Shown: positions 1 through 12,885, counted from the first letter of the stretch. The stretch: DNA of 64,000 bases from Octopus sinensis (GCF_006345805.1 NW_021831285.1:62001-126000), one strand, 5' to 3'. The notes: a model not told the origin generated them from the letters alone. Numbers and translations are program-made.

Positions 1-502
1 CCAACTTTGTGATCAATAAACAATTATTCATTTGCAACACAACATTCCAACACGCTGGAAGGCATATCACGACATGGACTAAAGAGCGCAGAAACTCAAT
101 CAAAATATATAACCAAATTGACTACATTCTGTGCCGACAATCACAGAAAGCTTACTCTATGACGCCAGAACATATGGAGGAACGCTAACATCGAGTGACC
201 ATAAACTATTGGTAATCAAACTTCTCCTAAAAAGAAGATTTTTGATTAACAGAGTCAAAAACAGACACAGAGAAGCCAGATTTGCAGTCGAACTTTTAAA
301 AAACAATCCTATCTACAGAAATAACTACTCAGCTAAAATATCACAAACCATAGAATCGATTAATTTCAATTTACCTGCTGGAAGTTTATGGAATAAACTC
401 GCAAACAAAATAAAATTAGTGGCTAAACATACGATTGGGACAATTCAAAAAACCTTCATAGGAATACATGACCCGCATATAGATTACCTTTCTCATTTAT
501 AA
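1..502 (+). mobile_element. Non-LTR retrotransposon (RTE-like) APE endonuclease C-terminal fragment, 5' part outside the window
   Basis: Translations HITTW..NQIDYILCRQ and TSSDHKLLV match the end of an APE/EEP domain; frameshifted. Confidence 0.75.
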
Positions 503-1075
503 AAGGATCTACGTATCAAATACACCCCTCGACAAAAAATTTGGTTATTTAATCTTTCCTGCTTTTTTTCATTTAAAAACGAATAAATTCATACTTTAAG
601 ATCCTTTAGATCTTCTAAAATAATATTTATTTTGTATTTATAATTAAAATAGATTTAAATTTTAATATTGCAAGAAATTTAAAGCATGTCGGCAATTAGG
701 TTAGTGACAAAAATTGGTTATAAAATTTAAACCGTCAAATTATGCTAGTATTTAGAGCAGAGGTTTTCAAACACTGCGCCGCGGCACATTTTTGTGCCGC
801 GGGACGATATAAAATGCGCCGCATGAAGATCTATATTTACTTATTTTTTTAATTTTTAACTTAAAAATTATTTATTATGAAACAATTATAATAAATTATA
901 ATCGTGCTGTGTTTTCTTTAGTTTTGTTCATATTTTTTGTTTTATAGTCAATTTTCTCTATTATTTTTAATTAATCTGTTTTATTAAAAGTCATACTACC
1001 TGAGGATTAAATCATCTCTAGAGTTCGCAATTAATCTATTCTATCTTTAATTCTAAATTCTGCTTTTGTATATAA

Positions 1076-1471
1076 TCTATATACCTATTAAAGCGCAATG
1101 TTGTATGTTTGTTTGTATGTTTGTTTGTTCCAGCGTAACTCTCAGATTAATGGATGGATTTTAATTTGTAAAATGATTTGAACACCTAGGATGAAGTTCG
1201 AGGATTTGTATGTTTTGGAATTTGAAAATTCGTTCAGTTTCCTGTACTTTTGAGGGATTTCAGCCTTTTTTTCCCTTGCTCTTTGTGGTGCATATTGTTA
1301 TATGTTTAATTAATGTTTTAATTTACGTCTTAATTTACATGCTTGGAGTAATTGACAATTTAACGTGCAGTAATGCTAATTTATAACTCCTTAAAAATGT
1401 ATCAAATATTAGGATAGATAGCCTTCCGCAGGAGCTAGGCCCTGGCACGCGTAGCGTGCGCAGGTGTCTAG
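1076..1471 (+). mobile_element. Non-autonomous Helitron-type element
   Basis: Starts TC after A and ends CTAG before T; subterminal hairpin CCTG-GCACGC-GTA-GCGTGC-G-CAGG at 1441-1465; GTTT/GTAT microsatellite near the 5' end. Confidence 0.85.
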
Positions 1472-1660
1472 TTTCGTTTTAATCCTTTACATATTGTGAC
1501 TTTTTTTAATATCCAAATTTCACAATTAATGTTTAATTTGATTTATTTAAGTAAAAATTTACTTATTGTTTAAGTAAACTTTACTTTTTTATGACTTTTT
1601 ATAATTATGAGATTTTTTGGTATTTGTTCATTTGATCACGGCGTTTTTCTTCATCTAGAT

Positions 1661-2340
1661 CAGTGTTTCTTAATTTTTTTGACCGGGGACCACTTTAGTC
1701 TGTTCAATTTTTCTAGGGACCACATGTAAAAAAACTAATAAAAAAACTAACAAAATTAAAAAATCATTATATTTATTGTTAGTATTATATTTATTGTCTT
1801 GCTTTTAGAAACTAGCTGTTCAATTTTTGGTGCTATGTTTGTAAGTGCCATTCTCATTTCGTCTTCAACCTTAAGTCGGTTGTGAACTTTACTCTTCAGA
1901 GTAGCAAGACAAGAGACTAAAATTTTGCATAAATAAGTAGTTGGAAAAGGAATTATCACTTCAAGTGCATTTTTACTTAAGATTGGATATTCATTAATAA
2001 CAGAAATCCAAAATTCCATAAGTGAAAGTGAATTAAATGTCAACTTCCAAAACTGCGAATTTTGCAATTCAATCGACTGTTCTTGGAAATTAATTTCTTG
2101 GCTGTCGTAAATTTATTTATTGGTTTCCGGAATAAAAGGGTGTATTATCCAAGTCGCAATTGGTTCAGTAACTGGGAATTAATCTCCTATTTTTTCAAGT
2201 TTTTCAAGATGATCAATAATCAAAGAAGAAAACCATTTTTAGGTTCATTATCACCAATCTTATTTTCCACCATCAGAAACATTAAAACGTTGTTATTTCG
2301 TACTTTTTTCCTCTATAGTGACAATTTTTTTTTAAACGCA
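1661..2340 (-). mobile_element. hAT/Buster transposase C-terminal fragment with one terminus
   Basis: ORF 1756-2067 FWISVINEYPILSKNALEVIIPFPTTYLC..HNRLKVEDEMRMAL (hAT dimerisation region); TIR-like CAGTGTTTCTTAA at 1661. Confidence 0.8.
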
Positions 2341-2949
2341 GACATTTTATCTATATTTTAGATATTTTTTCATCTAATACAGAGGTTTTCAAACTACTTA
2401 TTTTGCAGACATAGACATTGAAAAATATGATTGGGTATTTATTCAAATAATTAGTTTTAGATACGGAATCCATTTTTGGTTAGTCATAGTAATGAGTTAT
2501 TACCCGTCGAAAATATGGAGCTTATTGAACTATTTAATGATCGTACCTCAAAATTATCACATACAGAATTAAATATTGGCGAATTTTGGATCAAAATTCG
2601 ATCTAGATTTCCAAAAATAACAGATAAAAAACCAATGAGGATCATTCTACAATTTTCAACAACTTATTTTTGTGAAAAGGGATTTTCTGCATTTCAAAAC
2701 AATAAAACCAATAAGCGGGAAAATCTACTGAATTTAGAATCAGATAAATGCGACTGGCCTTGTCAAATATTGAGCAGACATAGAAAAATTATGTAAAAAT
2801 AATAAATTTGGAATTTTATAGTTTGTTTTGATTTTTGATTATGTGCCGCGAGATTAATTTTTATTAGCATTTGCGCCGCCAGAAATTTCTCGTGAAAACC
2901 TATGATTTAGAGATTGATCTTAATAAAAAAATATTTTTAGATATAATAC

Positions 2950-4181
2950 TCTCGATTCGTTTATGAAAGGGAAAATAATTGCGCTATACGACTTAAATAT
3001 GTCATATATTAAAATTTCTAAAGAAACCGATGTTCCATATTCAACAGTCGTAAATTTTATCAAGAAATACAATAAAACTGGATCATATGACCGCCAACAT
3101 GGTTCTGGAAGACTATCAATTTTGAATAATGTGCAAATTAATCATTTGGTACGCACATCAGAGGAAAATTCATCTTTAACTGCTTCTGAACTCTTTAATG
3201 AAATAGAAAAGTTTTCTGGAACACGTGTCTCGTCTCGAACCATAATATGAAATTTAAATAAAAATGGAATTTTCGGAAAGATTTGCAAAGAAAAAACCAC
3301 TTCTAACAAAAAAACACATGGTTTCCAGATTCGAGATCGTCCAAAAATTTCTTCAAATTTCAGACCATGATTTTAGATCAATAATCTTTTCTGATGAATG
3401 TATTTTTGAATTATTACCGATCCAAAAAAGAAAAATTGTGTATAGAAAAAAATTTGAAATGAATAAATTCGAAAATATTACTCCAACTGTCAAATTTGGA
3501 AAAGGTAAATTATGATGTGATAAAAAATTAGGGAAAGTCGTGGTGTGGGGTTGTTTTTCCTATCATGGGGTAGGCGATTTGGTATTTATAGACAAAACGC
3601 TTAATTCTGCAAAATATCAATCTATTTTGACCAATAATTTGCCATTTTCTGTACAAAAAATGGGGATTGTTGACTATATTTTTCAACAAGACAACGCTCC
3701 CTGCCATACATCAAAAATGATTATTCAATATTTTCGCGAAAAAAATATTAAAAAATTAGAATGGCCTTCGCAATCTCCGGATTTAAATCCGATAGAGCAT
3801 TTGTGGGCTTATATGAAGGTTCAAATTAGGCAAAGAAAAAATGAGAACATTCAGGCACTGAAGGAAAATCTATTAGATATTTGGAATTCTATTCCATCAA
3901 AAACACTTGAAAAATTAGTTGAGTCAATGAAAAAAAGGTGTTAGGAGATCTATTCGGCAAAAGGAGGTTATTCTACATATTAATCTCACAATAACCAAAT
4001 TTTATGCCAATGAAAGTCGTTGTTTTTTCCAAATTTCTTAGACAAAATTTCAAAATTTAAATAATTAAATTAATTTTTATCAATTTTATCAGATTTTAAA
4101 ATATATCTGAAGAAAAAATTAAATCATTCTTTGTATGAATGAAGTAAGTTGAAGATTCACCAATATTTATGTCGAGGGATG
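2950..4181 (+). mobile_element. Tc1 (DD34E) transposon, degenerate
   Basis: HTH region 2963-3250; IIFSDE, FQQDNAPCH and SPDLNPIEHLW with 34 residues between the second D and E; right terminus ..ATTTATGTCGAGGGATG followed by TA; stops/frameshifts present. Confidence 0.88.
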
Positions 4182-4185
4182 TACA

Positions 4186-4960
4186 TAAACACCCACAAAC
4201 AAGTGAAAGCAGCTGAGTTCAAAATCCAAAGAAACAAAATCATGTGAGAAATCAAGAAAAAATGTCAGAAAAATTATGAAACAGGGCTACAAAACTTTGC
4301 AAATGAAGTGGGAAAGTACAAAAACGAAGCGCAAATGTATGCATCTGTAAAGATGCTAGCGCGAAAGAAGAAATCGGAAAACCTAACAGTTTATGATGGA
4401 CTCGGAAGAACCATTTACAACAACCAGGAACGCACAGACACTATAGCCGACCACTTTGAAAAATATTTCAATTTTGAAAACAAAGAAACGCTTTACCCTT
4501 TCGATGGAATGCCCAGAAAGCTATCGCAAGAAATTACTTTAACGGAAGTTAAAAAATCTGTGACCAGACTAAACAACTCGAAAGCTCCAGGTCCAGATAA
4601 TGTTAATGCAGAGCTCATGAAATATGCAATCAGTAGAGTTAAGATGATAAAAATATTAAGGCCACTACTCGAGGAAGATTGCATCAGAATAATTCGTTAT
4701 TTACTCTCCTCCACTCAAATATTTATCCAGCTTGGAAATCAGAATTCCAGAGTATTCGAAACAAACAAGGGCACCCCCCAAGGAGACCCCCTATCTCCGG
4801 TCTTATTCATCGTATATCTGGAGGCGACCCTACGAGATGCCAGGAATAATATCACCAGACATATTACAGTAGTCATCTTCGCAGATGTCATAGATTTCAA
4901 GGCAACAGACCACCAATTATAAGGTAATATGGAAAAATTAGCCAACATTTTTGAAAAAAT
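4186..4960 (+). mobile_element. RTE-like LINE RT fragment with internal deletion
   Basis: KAPGPDNVNAELMK, GTPQGDPLSPVLFIVYLE, IFADVIDF; same family as 62490-63770. Confidence 0.8.
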
Positions 4961-4969
4961 TTCCCAACA

Positions 4970-6470
4970 AACCCATTAATGTTAGGGAAAAAGCCAAGAG
5001 CAGAACAAGAGGCTAATTAATGTGGGTTTGATTTCATTGTATAGGGTCATTTTATGAGACACCACATGTCTCTTCTTCGCATATACCCAAAAGAAAAAAT
5101 TACATCATAATTTCCACAAGTGATGTAACAAATCTTCTATCCTTCTGACTTTAACGTCATAAGCATCTTCGATTTTTGAATTTAAGTCCAATCCAAATGC
5201 CAATTTAATAGCAAATCTTCTGGTCTTTTCCAATTTTTCACAAAAATGCTACTTTCTTCGGACCTATACCATCCTTGATAGTCATATATCAAGAATGGCT
5301 CAATACATGTAGAATACACAAAAAGGAAAGTTTCAGGCTCCAAATGAAATCGAGTTAAAGATTTCAACATTCCTGTAGCTTTCTCTCTTCGTGTTTTGAT
5401 ATGATCCTTAAAAGATCCTCTTCGATCTATCGATACTCCGAGGTACTCCAATTTTCCAGAGTTTTTTATATCTCCTGTATTTACATATTCATCGATATTT
5501 TTTCTTTTACTTGCAATCCATGTGACTGTTGATTTTTCTCTTGACAGAGTCAACTCATTGTTTTGGCACCACCTCTCAATATTTTTTATATGGGTTTCTA
5601 CCCTTTTCCATGAAATTTGTTTACTTATGCTTGAATCAAGCACAAGAATGTCATCATCATAAATAATCATACGACTATTTATGCTCTCGGTTTTTGGTAA
5701 CTCACTCATTACACAATTGAAGAGTAGCGGGCTGAGAATTGATTCTGCGGAACTCCTCTTCGTAATTCAATTTTCTTAGAAATTAAATTTCCAACACGTA
5801 TATACGACCTCCTTCTTGAAAGAAAGTTTTCTATCCATAATAATGCGGTTCTCCCAATTCCTGCTTTTGATAACGTATCAAGAAGTCCGTAGTGCCAAAC
5901 ACTGTCAAAGGCCTTCGTTATATCCAAGCACGCTATTGTAAGAAATTCCTTTTTTCTCCTCGAACTATCGATTGAAGATCTTAGCTCTCTGAGACAATCT
6001 CCAGTCCCTTTTTTATGTCGAAAACCCAATTGATTGTCAGAGAGAAAATTATTATCCTCAACAAGCCTTGAGAGACGATTGAAGACAATTTTCTCCATAA
6101 TTTTCGAAATTGAGCAGATTAAGCTAATTGGCCTATAGCTATCTGCTTTTGACTTAGACTTTCTTTTTTTCACGACCATACGTACAATTGTTCGTTTCCA
6201 GGTCGACGGAACATGTCCAAAACTCCACGAAGAATTGTATAATATATTTAGTAATCCAACTAAAATCTGGTCCGCATTCTTGAAGATACTCATTGGGATA
6301 AAATCCCATCCTGGTGCTTTATTTTTGCAACCTTTTATCGCAGTATTTATTTCTTCTTGTGTTATAGGTTGGAGAATGGCTTTCGAGGCTCGGCCAAGAT
6401 AGTTGACAAAGGAGATCCTCCCATTCAAGAAGCTCGCTAGCCATTCAAGGGTTTCCGCATCAATGTCGCA
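4970..6470 (-). mobile_element. Jockey/I-group-like LINE RT, 5'-truncated and degenerate
   Basis: KAPGWDFIP, YRPISLICSISKIMEK, QLGFR, CLDITKAFDSVWH, GVPQ; frameshift near 5709; YDDD instead of YADD; same family as 43300-44690 and 57250-59150. Confidence 0.88.
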
Positions 6471-7139
6471 ATTCACAAGATTTCAGTCTTCTAAACAGAA
6501 TATACCCAAAAACTACATCCACATCTACTCCATCTGGAGAATATCCCATCAACTTCATCTCCTCCAAAATGTCAATGGGGAATGGACAGTGGTAGAACAG
6601 TCTCATCACTCCTTCATCACCACACTCCACGGAATAGTCCCCAGCTCTCGCCACCAACTGTTGGAATGCCTCCTTCGCCCGAGCAGACCACTGTCCCCCT
6701 TGGAGGAGACAGCAATAGTGAGCAAAGGCATTGAATCGGCAGTATTCCGAGGGCATCATATACATTTCCGACACTACGACAGTGGGAGTGTCCCCCGTAT
6801 CTACCCACGTGACCTCACATCGTGATTCCCCGATCACCTCATTCACAATTCCACGTCGGAAACTACCATCAGACCACAGACTTACCAATAATCTTCTCTG
6901 GCGTCGTTTTCCAGAAACATTGCGATCACGTAATCCCCCTCCTTCGGGTGGATACAGTGCTTAAACTTGGAGTACTGACGATACAAATCCACATTCATTT
7001 GTCTTAACAACCCCAACGAGTCGCATTTACGCGCATAAAACAATGACGGGCTCTCAACGTGACTAATCTCCACTGAAATGGTTCCTTCGAACGAAGTTGT
7101 CTTTGTCGATAAAGGTTGGGCGCTGTATTTTCCTAGCAA
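6460..7139 (-). CDS. Extended Tudor-domain protein (TDRD-like); 5' and 3' ends uncertain
   Basis: Removing a 23-nt GTAAG..TAG intron (6863-6885) joins SVEISHVESPSLFYA..GDYVIAMF..DYC to FRRGIVNEV..CEVTWVDTG..AFAHYCCL..WSARAKEAFQQLV, the extended Tudor pattern. Confidence 0.78.
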
Positions 7140-7244
7140 TAATTAGATCTGATACGTTAGCTAATGACGGATAAAAGTTGTTTCATCGACATTTCCAGCG
7201 AACCCAGCCTGTAATCATACTACAATATAGAACTCCGTTTTTAA

Positions 7245-7500
7245 TTAAATCACATCAGCAGGTGGACACATCGTGGGAAGGAGGTTAAGACAAGAGCCAG
7301 AATACGGTTGGCGACTGGCCCGAAAGCAAGCTGGCTTGTGCTGGTCCAAAAGATGCTCCAGCGAGTCAACATAATGTCCATAAATAATTTTACAGACCAC
7401 CGATACAATCATCCAAATACCAAATTTTAAGAGGCGACGTATCTTTACGTGTAACAAAATCTACGTAAAGGGCAAATAATAATGGACCCAAAAGATCGAC
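7245..7500 (-). mobile_element. CRE-like (RLE) non-LTR fragment, internally deleted
   Basis: DLLGPLLFALY..KIWYLDD joined to LDQHKPACFRASRQPYSGSCLNLLP, resembling the SGAWLDALP region of the 13 kb element. Confidence 0.6.
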
Positions 7501-9239
7501 TTGCTCTACACCAAAAAAGAAGAAATAAAAGAATCGCTCAGGTGCTCATATGAAAGAAAAACAAATGGCAGCAATAAAAAAATTATGTATTTACAAAACT
7601 CAAGTAAATGCTTTCTGTTGGGAGAATTGAACGCATTCTTTAGATTCAATTTTAATAATAGTCAGGGTCAGGGCTATTTAGGAAAACTGAACAATTCAAT
7701 AAAACTCCTGGATGCATGGACCGAGGCTTCGCACCCGCCAGACACGCCAACACCCAACTGAATGAGCTGGAGTTTGTCACTAATAGGTGGAATTATCTTA
7801 TTGGATCCGACTTTTGCAAACAAACAACCAAATAGTTCTTAACAACAATAGTCCCAATGCAGCCGCCTTTCTTCACCGATGTTGTCAAGTTTGCAGGGAA
7901 GAAAAGCAATCGAGCATATTAAGAAAAAAATCCCTGCGAAGAAATAAGTTACATAGCTTGCTAAAAGTGAGAATTACTGACATTCAATACTGTTTTGTTC
8001 TATTATTATTTTTTTATTATTTAAAGACAAAACACGGGCAAAGCCAGTTAATTATAGTTATTCCCGTGATCGCCGATCCAAACGAGGGAGATCCTTCTGA
8101 AAGGTTCAAGCCTTCCCGCAAGATCGGCCTGAGACGACGATGTCCCAGGGTCTGAGAAGCTAAGAGTCCTTTCTCGGTAGGCATTAAGTGCCTCCTGAGC
8201 GTTGCCATATCCGGAGGAATTTCCAAATGACATGGTGGACCCCGTAACGCCACGCTAAGCCCGGAAGGTAAGAGATCCCCATTTCCAACTGTGTCGTGCC
8301 AGAAGTACTCGTTGCCTCACGGGCAGGGGAACGATAACGAGAATTTGCCCCAGGATGAAAACTGGCCTCCTCCGTCCAAATCCATTATCCATAGCTTAGT
8401 CTTCAGCCAACTGTTTTGTTCTGTAATAAAAATAAAGTTTTTTCATTAATTATTGTCAATTATCTTAATTTCTTAATGGCAAACCTAATACCTAATAAAT
8501 TATGCCACGTGTGAGCATGCTGTTGATTTACTTTGTGGTGCTCTCTAAATTATTTCTACACTTTAATTTTTTTATCTTAATTGGATTCAGAAGGAATAAT
8601 TCAGGATATATTTTCTTTTAATGATTTAATTATTTGAAAGTTTATCATTTTTGTGATATTTTTCATTTTATTCCTTTAATCTTCTTTTTTACTTATTTAT
8701 ACTGTTTGTGATATTTTTCGATTTTTTAATATTAATCTCCTATTTTACTTATTTCTTATTTAAAATTTTTGTGATATTTTTCGATTTTGTTCCTTTAATC
8801 TCCTTTTTTACATACAAATTTCATGGCCAATTTGAAAAAATCAATATTTAAGAAAATGAAGTAAACACCTTTAAATTTTATTAAAAAGATTCACTCCCTA
8901 ATTCCTTTTTATTGGCTTTTTTTAACTTTGCTTTGTAATTTCTTATTGCAGTAATGAGCGAAACATCATTCTCATTTTCTGAATTACAGTAAAGTTCCCT
9001 TTCTATTTCAGTTAATCTTCTTCGTGAATTTTTATTATTTAAAAATTTTTTATGAGAGTCATATTTTTTTAAGCGACATTTGTTTACCTCACTGATTCTC
9101 AAGCTTCTTTACTCAGGGCCGCAAATAATTTTTAACAATGTAATATGTCGCGACCCACGCTGGTGACCATCAGTTGACATGTGATGTATTTTTGACATTA
9201 ATTGCGACCATCAGTTTGACATGTGATGTATTTTAATTG

Positions 9240-10440
9240 ATGTATTTTTGTAAACACTTAAAAAAATTAACATTTTTTAACTCTGTTCATAGTAACGATC
9301 CTAGTTTCATTTTGGAATTCGATCTAAATGTTAGGAATGGTAACTCACTAGTAGTCTGTTATATGACATTACTTCTTTCACTGTTCCCTTTTCTTCATAT
9401 GGGGATTCAAATCTGCTTAGTTTTAATGATGGATTTGTTCCATAATCTTTTAATATTAGAACCTATAATGTTACTAATTAATTATACGTCATTCCCTTCT
9501 TCAAAATCATACTTCGATCTGTGCACTCCCATTTTTTTATTTCTGGAGGGCGCATACCACATTCTTTCTTCTGGAGGGCGCACTTCATCTCAGAAGACAC
9601 CTTTTATAAGCAGTCTCCACACGAAGTGTCCGCAGTGTTCTTACTTCGGGAGATCGCTGCCAGAATCTCCGCTTCGGAAATATCGCCTGCATCGTTCCTT
9701 GATATGCCCAGCTGGCAGCGCTTGTCCCACGAGAATATCTGCTAGACAGTATCAAAGGACGATGTCTCCACGAACTAGCTTCCGTCAGTTCTAGAGATGT
9801 CATCGAGGTGGGTCGAAAATATTTCAACCACCTCAACCGGGTCCGAAACAAGGGCTCCATCAGAGCGTTTAAGGAGCACTGAATTTGCTACCCCTCTCCC
9901 CGACAAGCTCTTCAACTGTTTCCAGGAGTCCGGGAAGCGGGCGTCTACGCGTCTGCAGATGTGTTTGTTGAAATTGATTACGTCTATTATTTAATCGTAC
10001 TTTATTTTTTATGTAAATGGATTTCGAAGGAATAATTTGTGATGTAATAATGTACTTAATATTTTCTGACATTTCAGAAATTCGTCGATGAACAGTATCA
10101 TTTGATAATGGTATTTCCGAAATCATATTTTCAGCATGAGTGCCAATAAGAGTACGTACTATGTCTTTACAACAAGGAAGAATCAGTTTTTCGGCAATAT
10201 TATGAGGTTTCTTTTCTTTCGCTATACGTAATGAAATCATGTAAGATGCTAATAGCATGGAATTATCAGAAGGCAAAGTTTGTATGAAACGAGTCAATAC
10301 TTGATTTTTCATCGTTTTACGCAAAGAAATAAAATAATCCTTATTTTTGTGGATTAGATGGGGATGACATGTGCGCAAGTGTCTCACAAGAGTTGTTGGT
10401 TTCATGCTATTGTGTGACAGAATTTTCATGCACACAACAC
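9240..10440 (-). mobile_element. hAT/Buster (ZBED5/ZBED8-like) transposase fragments interrupted by a LINE fragment (about 9520-9975)
   Basis: SMKPTTLVRHLRTCH..LASYMISLRIAKEKKPHNIAEKLILPCCKDIV..IPLSNDTVHRRISEM; inserted piece translates as ISEAEILAAISRSKNTA (pre-RT LINE motif). Confidence 0.75.
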
Positions 10441-10478
10441 ATTTTGGGCTTTCAAATCCATCTTTATCAATACAAATA

Positions 10479-11075
10479 TGTCGCGAGCGACCGAGCGCAG
10501 CGAGCGATCACTCAATTTCTAGATGCGATCAATCAACAAATTCATAAATTGACAAATACCCGTGCTGGTATTTGGGTTTAAATATATTCGATTACAAAAA
10601 TTAAAATCGATGCCAAAGCAGAATGTGCTTTAAAACCGATTTCATAAATAAAAATAATATTTTAAAATTTATAATTGATATTTTAGAATAATGAGAAAAA
10701 ATCTAAATGCTTCATATGTTATTAAAATGTCAAAACAAGAATCTTCTGAAGGAGCAAGCCTGTCTGCACAGTTCATTTGTGATTAGAAGACCTAATTTTA
10801 GAGATTGAAACGAGAAATAGCAATGAGATCTGTCAAATTATTACCCCCCTCACAACCTAAACCAAATTAGCGTTCAGTATTCATTGATTTTACATTTTAT
10901 ATTAAGGTCTACTTATAAATTATTTTATGGGATTCAATGGAAAACTTAGTTATTTCAATTTTATTTTTTAAATCATGTTAAAATTTTAAATAATTTAATA
11001 ATATATTTGTTGATGACAGGCTTGTTAGGCGTCAAAGTCGCTCTCAGCGCTCGATCGCTCGCAGCGCTCGCGACA
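10479..11075. mobile_element. 597-bp non-autonomous TIR element with TG..CA ends and 5-bp TSD
   Basis: Left TGTCGCGAGCGACCGAGCGCAGCGAGCGATC; right end reverse complement TGTCGCGAGCGCTGCGAGCGATC; AAATA duplicated at 10474-10478 and 11076-11080. Confidence 0.8.
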
Positions 11076-11197
11076 AAATAAACTCATATTTTATATAATC
11101 AGGATTATATTTGCGTATCTTAATAACATTCGAGGAATTCATATCAATAGCGTGCTTAAAAATTTCATTAACTTTTACTAAAAAATAAATATATATA

Positions 11198-12885
11198 CAG
11201 TCCGACCTCTAAATGGGGCACTAAGTGCCTCAAATCAGAGGTTTCCCCAAAAAAGAGGTTTTTCAAAAAGCTCAATAAATAAAGAAAAAGAACATTATTT
11301 TTTAAAATATCATCAGTTATTTTTTCTCCTATTTATATTTATTTTTAATTCCTAACAACACTTTCTTTCTGAATTTATAAAAATCATGAAGAGAATCTGG
11401 AATCAAATCAAAGATGTTTGTTTGTCTCTAAGTTTTCCATCAAACTTAAAATTTGTGATATTGATGGTTCGCAGCTTATATTCTCATAGATATTTGGATC
11501 ATTATCTTCTATTCATCAAAACATTCATCAATAACATTATAAATATTTCTTCAGATGATTCATTTATGCAACTCGAGTCTGATGGAGGTTGTCGAAAAAC
11601 CTTTTGCCAGCAGTTATAAATAATATCCGCAGATACATTATTCCAAGCATCTGAGATTATTGTTACCACTTGCCGCAAATTTAATTTGGATAAAGACTCT
11701 ATAAACAAATCCTGGTCGTCTTGAAAACATAAAAACAATTAGACAATTCAAATAATTATCCTTGAAATTTTTAATGATTCCAGGATCCAATGGTTGAAGT
11801 ATGGTGTCGTATTTTTTGGTAAAAATACAAAATCAACGTTGCTAAATGTCGATATTTTGTGGCAAGCAGCGTTATCTAATAACATTAAGATTTTTCTTTT
11901 TGAATAATCATTTTTTTCATTAATTTTTTTGAGCCAGGATATAAAAATGTCTTTTGTCATCCACGCATTTTTGGACGAAGAGTATAAATTCCATAAATTT
12001 CGGGAGAAAATTTTTTGAAACATCTAGGATTTCTATATTTTCCGATTATTAATGGTTCAAATTTTTCTCCAGTGTAACTACAGCATAGATGAAGAGTAAC
12101 TTTATCTTTACTCCTTTTAAAGCCCCGTGCCGAATCACCAGTTTTCACGAATGATTTACGTGGGGTAAGTTTGATAAAAAGAAAGTTTCGTCACAATTAA
12201 AAATGTTCTCTCCTTTCATATTGTTCAACTTTGATATTTAATTCTGATAAAAAATTCAAAATTATCGCATGATCAGCAGATGCGGATTCGCCTGACATGT
12301 CGGATTTTCGGAATTTTAATTCATGCCTCTGCTTGAATTTTTCTAACCATCCATTTGTAGCTTTAAACTTGTTTAAGCCCATTCTCGAAGAAACAGTTAG
12401 GGAAATTTTTTTTAAAAGAGTTCCAGAAACTGGAACATTCTGATCCCTTAGACGCTGAAAAATATCAAGGACTTTTTCATCAAATCCGTTTTTATTTTCA
12501 CTTAATGATGAGAAAGAAATCCTTTTTTGATAAATGGAAGAATATTCTTTTCATACGAAAAATAGTTCCCTTGCTAGTATTGTACATTATGGATAATCTC
12601 CTCTCAGAATGTTCTTTTTTTAAAAGATGATCAGCAATCTTCAACTTGTTTCATAATTCAAAGGCATTACACAAGAAATTTGAAATGAAACGTGTCTTAA
12701 ATATTATTTTTTTAAATTGGTATAATTATTTTATTTAATAAAAAATCAATGCCCCAAATAGAGATGTTAAAATTAATTGATTTTTTATAATTTGGTTAAA
12801 AAATTTATAATGCCCCAAAACAGAGTTTTCCCCAAAAAAGAGGTGCCCCACCCCTGGAGGTGCGCCCCAATTAGAGGTCGGACTG
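11198..12885 (-). mobile_element. Tigger/pogo (CENP-B-like) transposon, degenerate
   Basis: TIRs CAGTCCGACCTCTAA at both ends with TA TSD; FKATNGWLEKFKQRH, SARGFKRSKDKVTL, NAWMTKDIF, LLLDNA-like MLLDNAACH, VFLPKNTT. Confidence 0.92.

Larger units (their letters stand above)
758..2904 (+). mobile_element. Non-autonomous hAT (Buster subfamily) element carrying nested insertions
   Basis: Left TIR CAGAGGTTTTCAAAC at 758; imperfect right TIR GTGAAAACCTATG ending 2904; 8-bp TSD ATTTAGAG at 750-757 and 2905-2912; transposase C-terminal remnant 2476-2796 (FWIK..FSTTYFCEKGFS). Confidence 0.88.

Noticed and set aside
5709-6888. A genuine Tudor-RT fusion protein
   Set aside because: No GT-AG excision joins the two frames without a stop, and the RT is degenerate (frameshift, YDDD)
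7140-7200. In-frame TAA before the Tudor exon suggesting TAA=Gln (ciliate code)
   Set aside because: URM1, PDIA3, TEKTL1 and IQUB end at TAA and MRPS18B at TAG exactly where orthologues end; no other internal TAA or TAG is needed in the reconstructed exons
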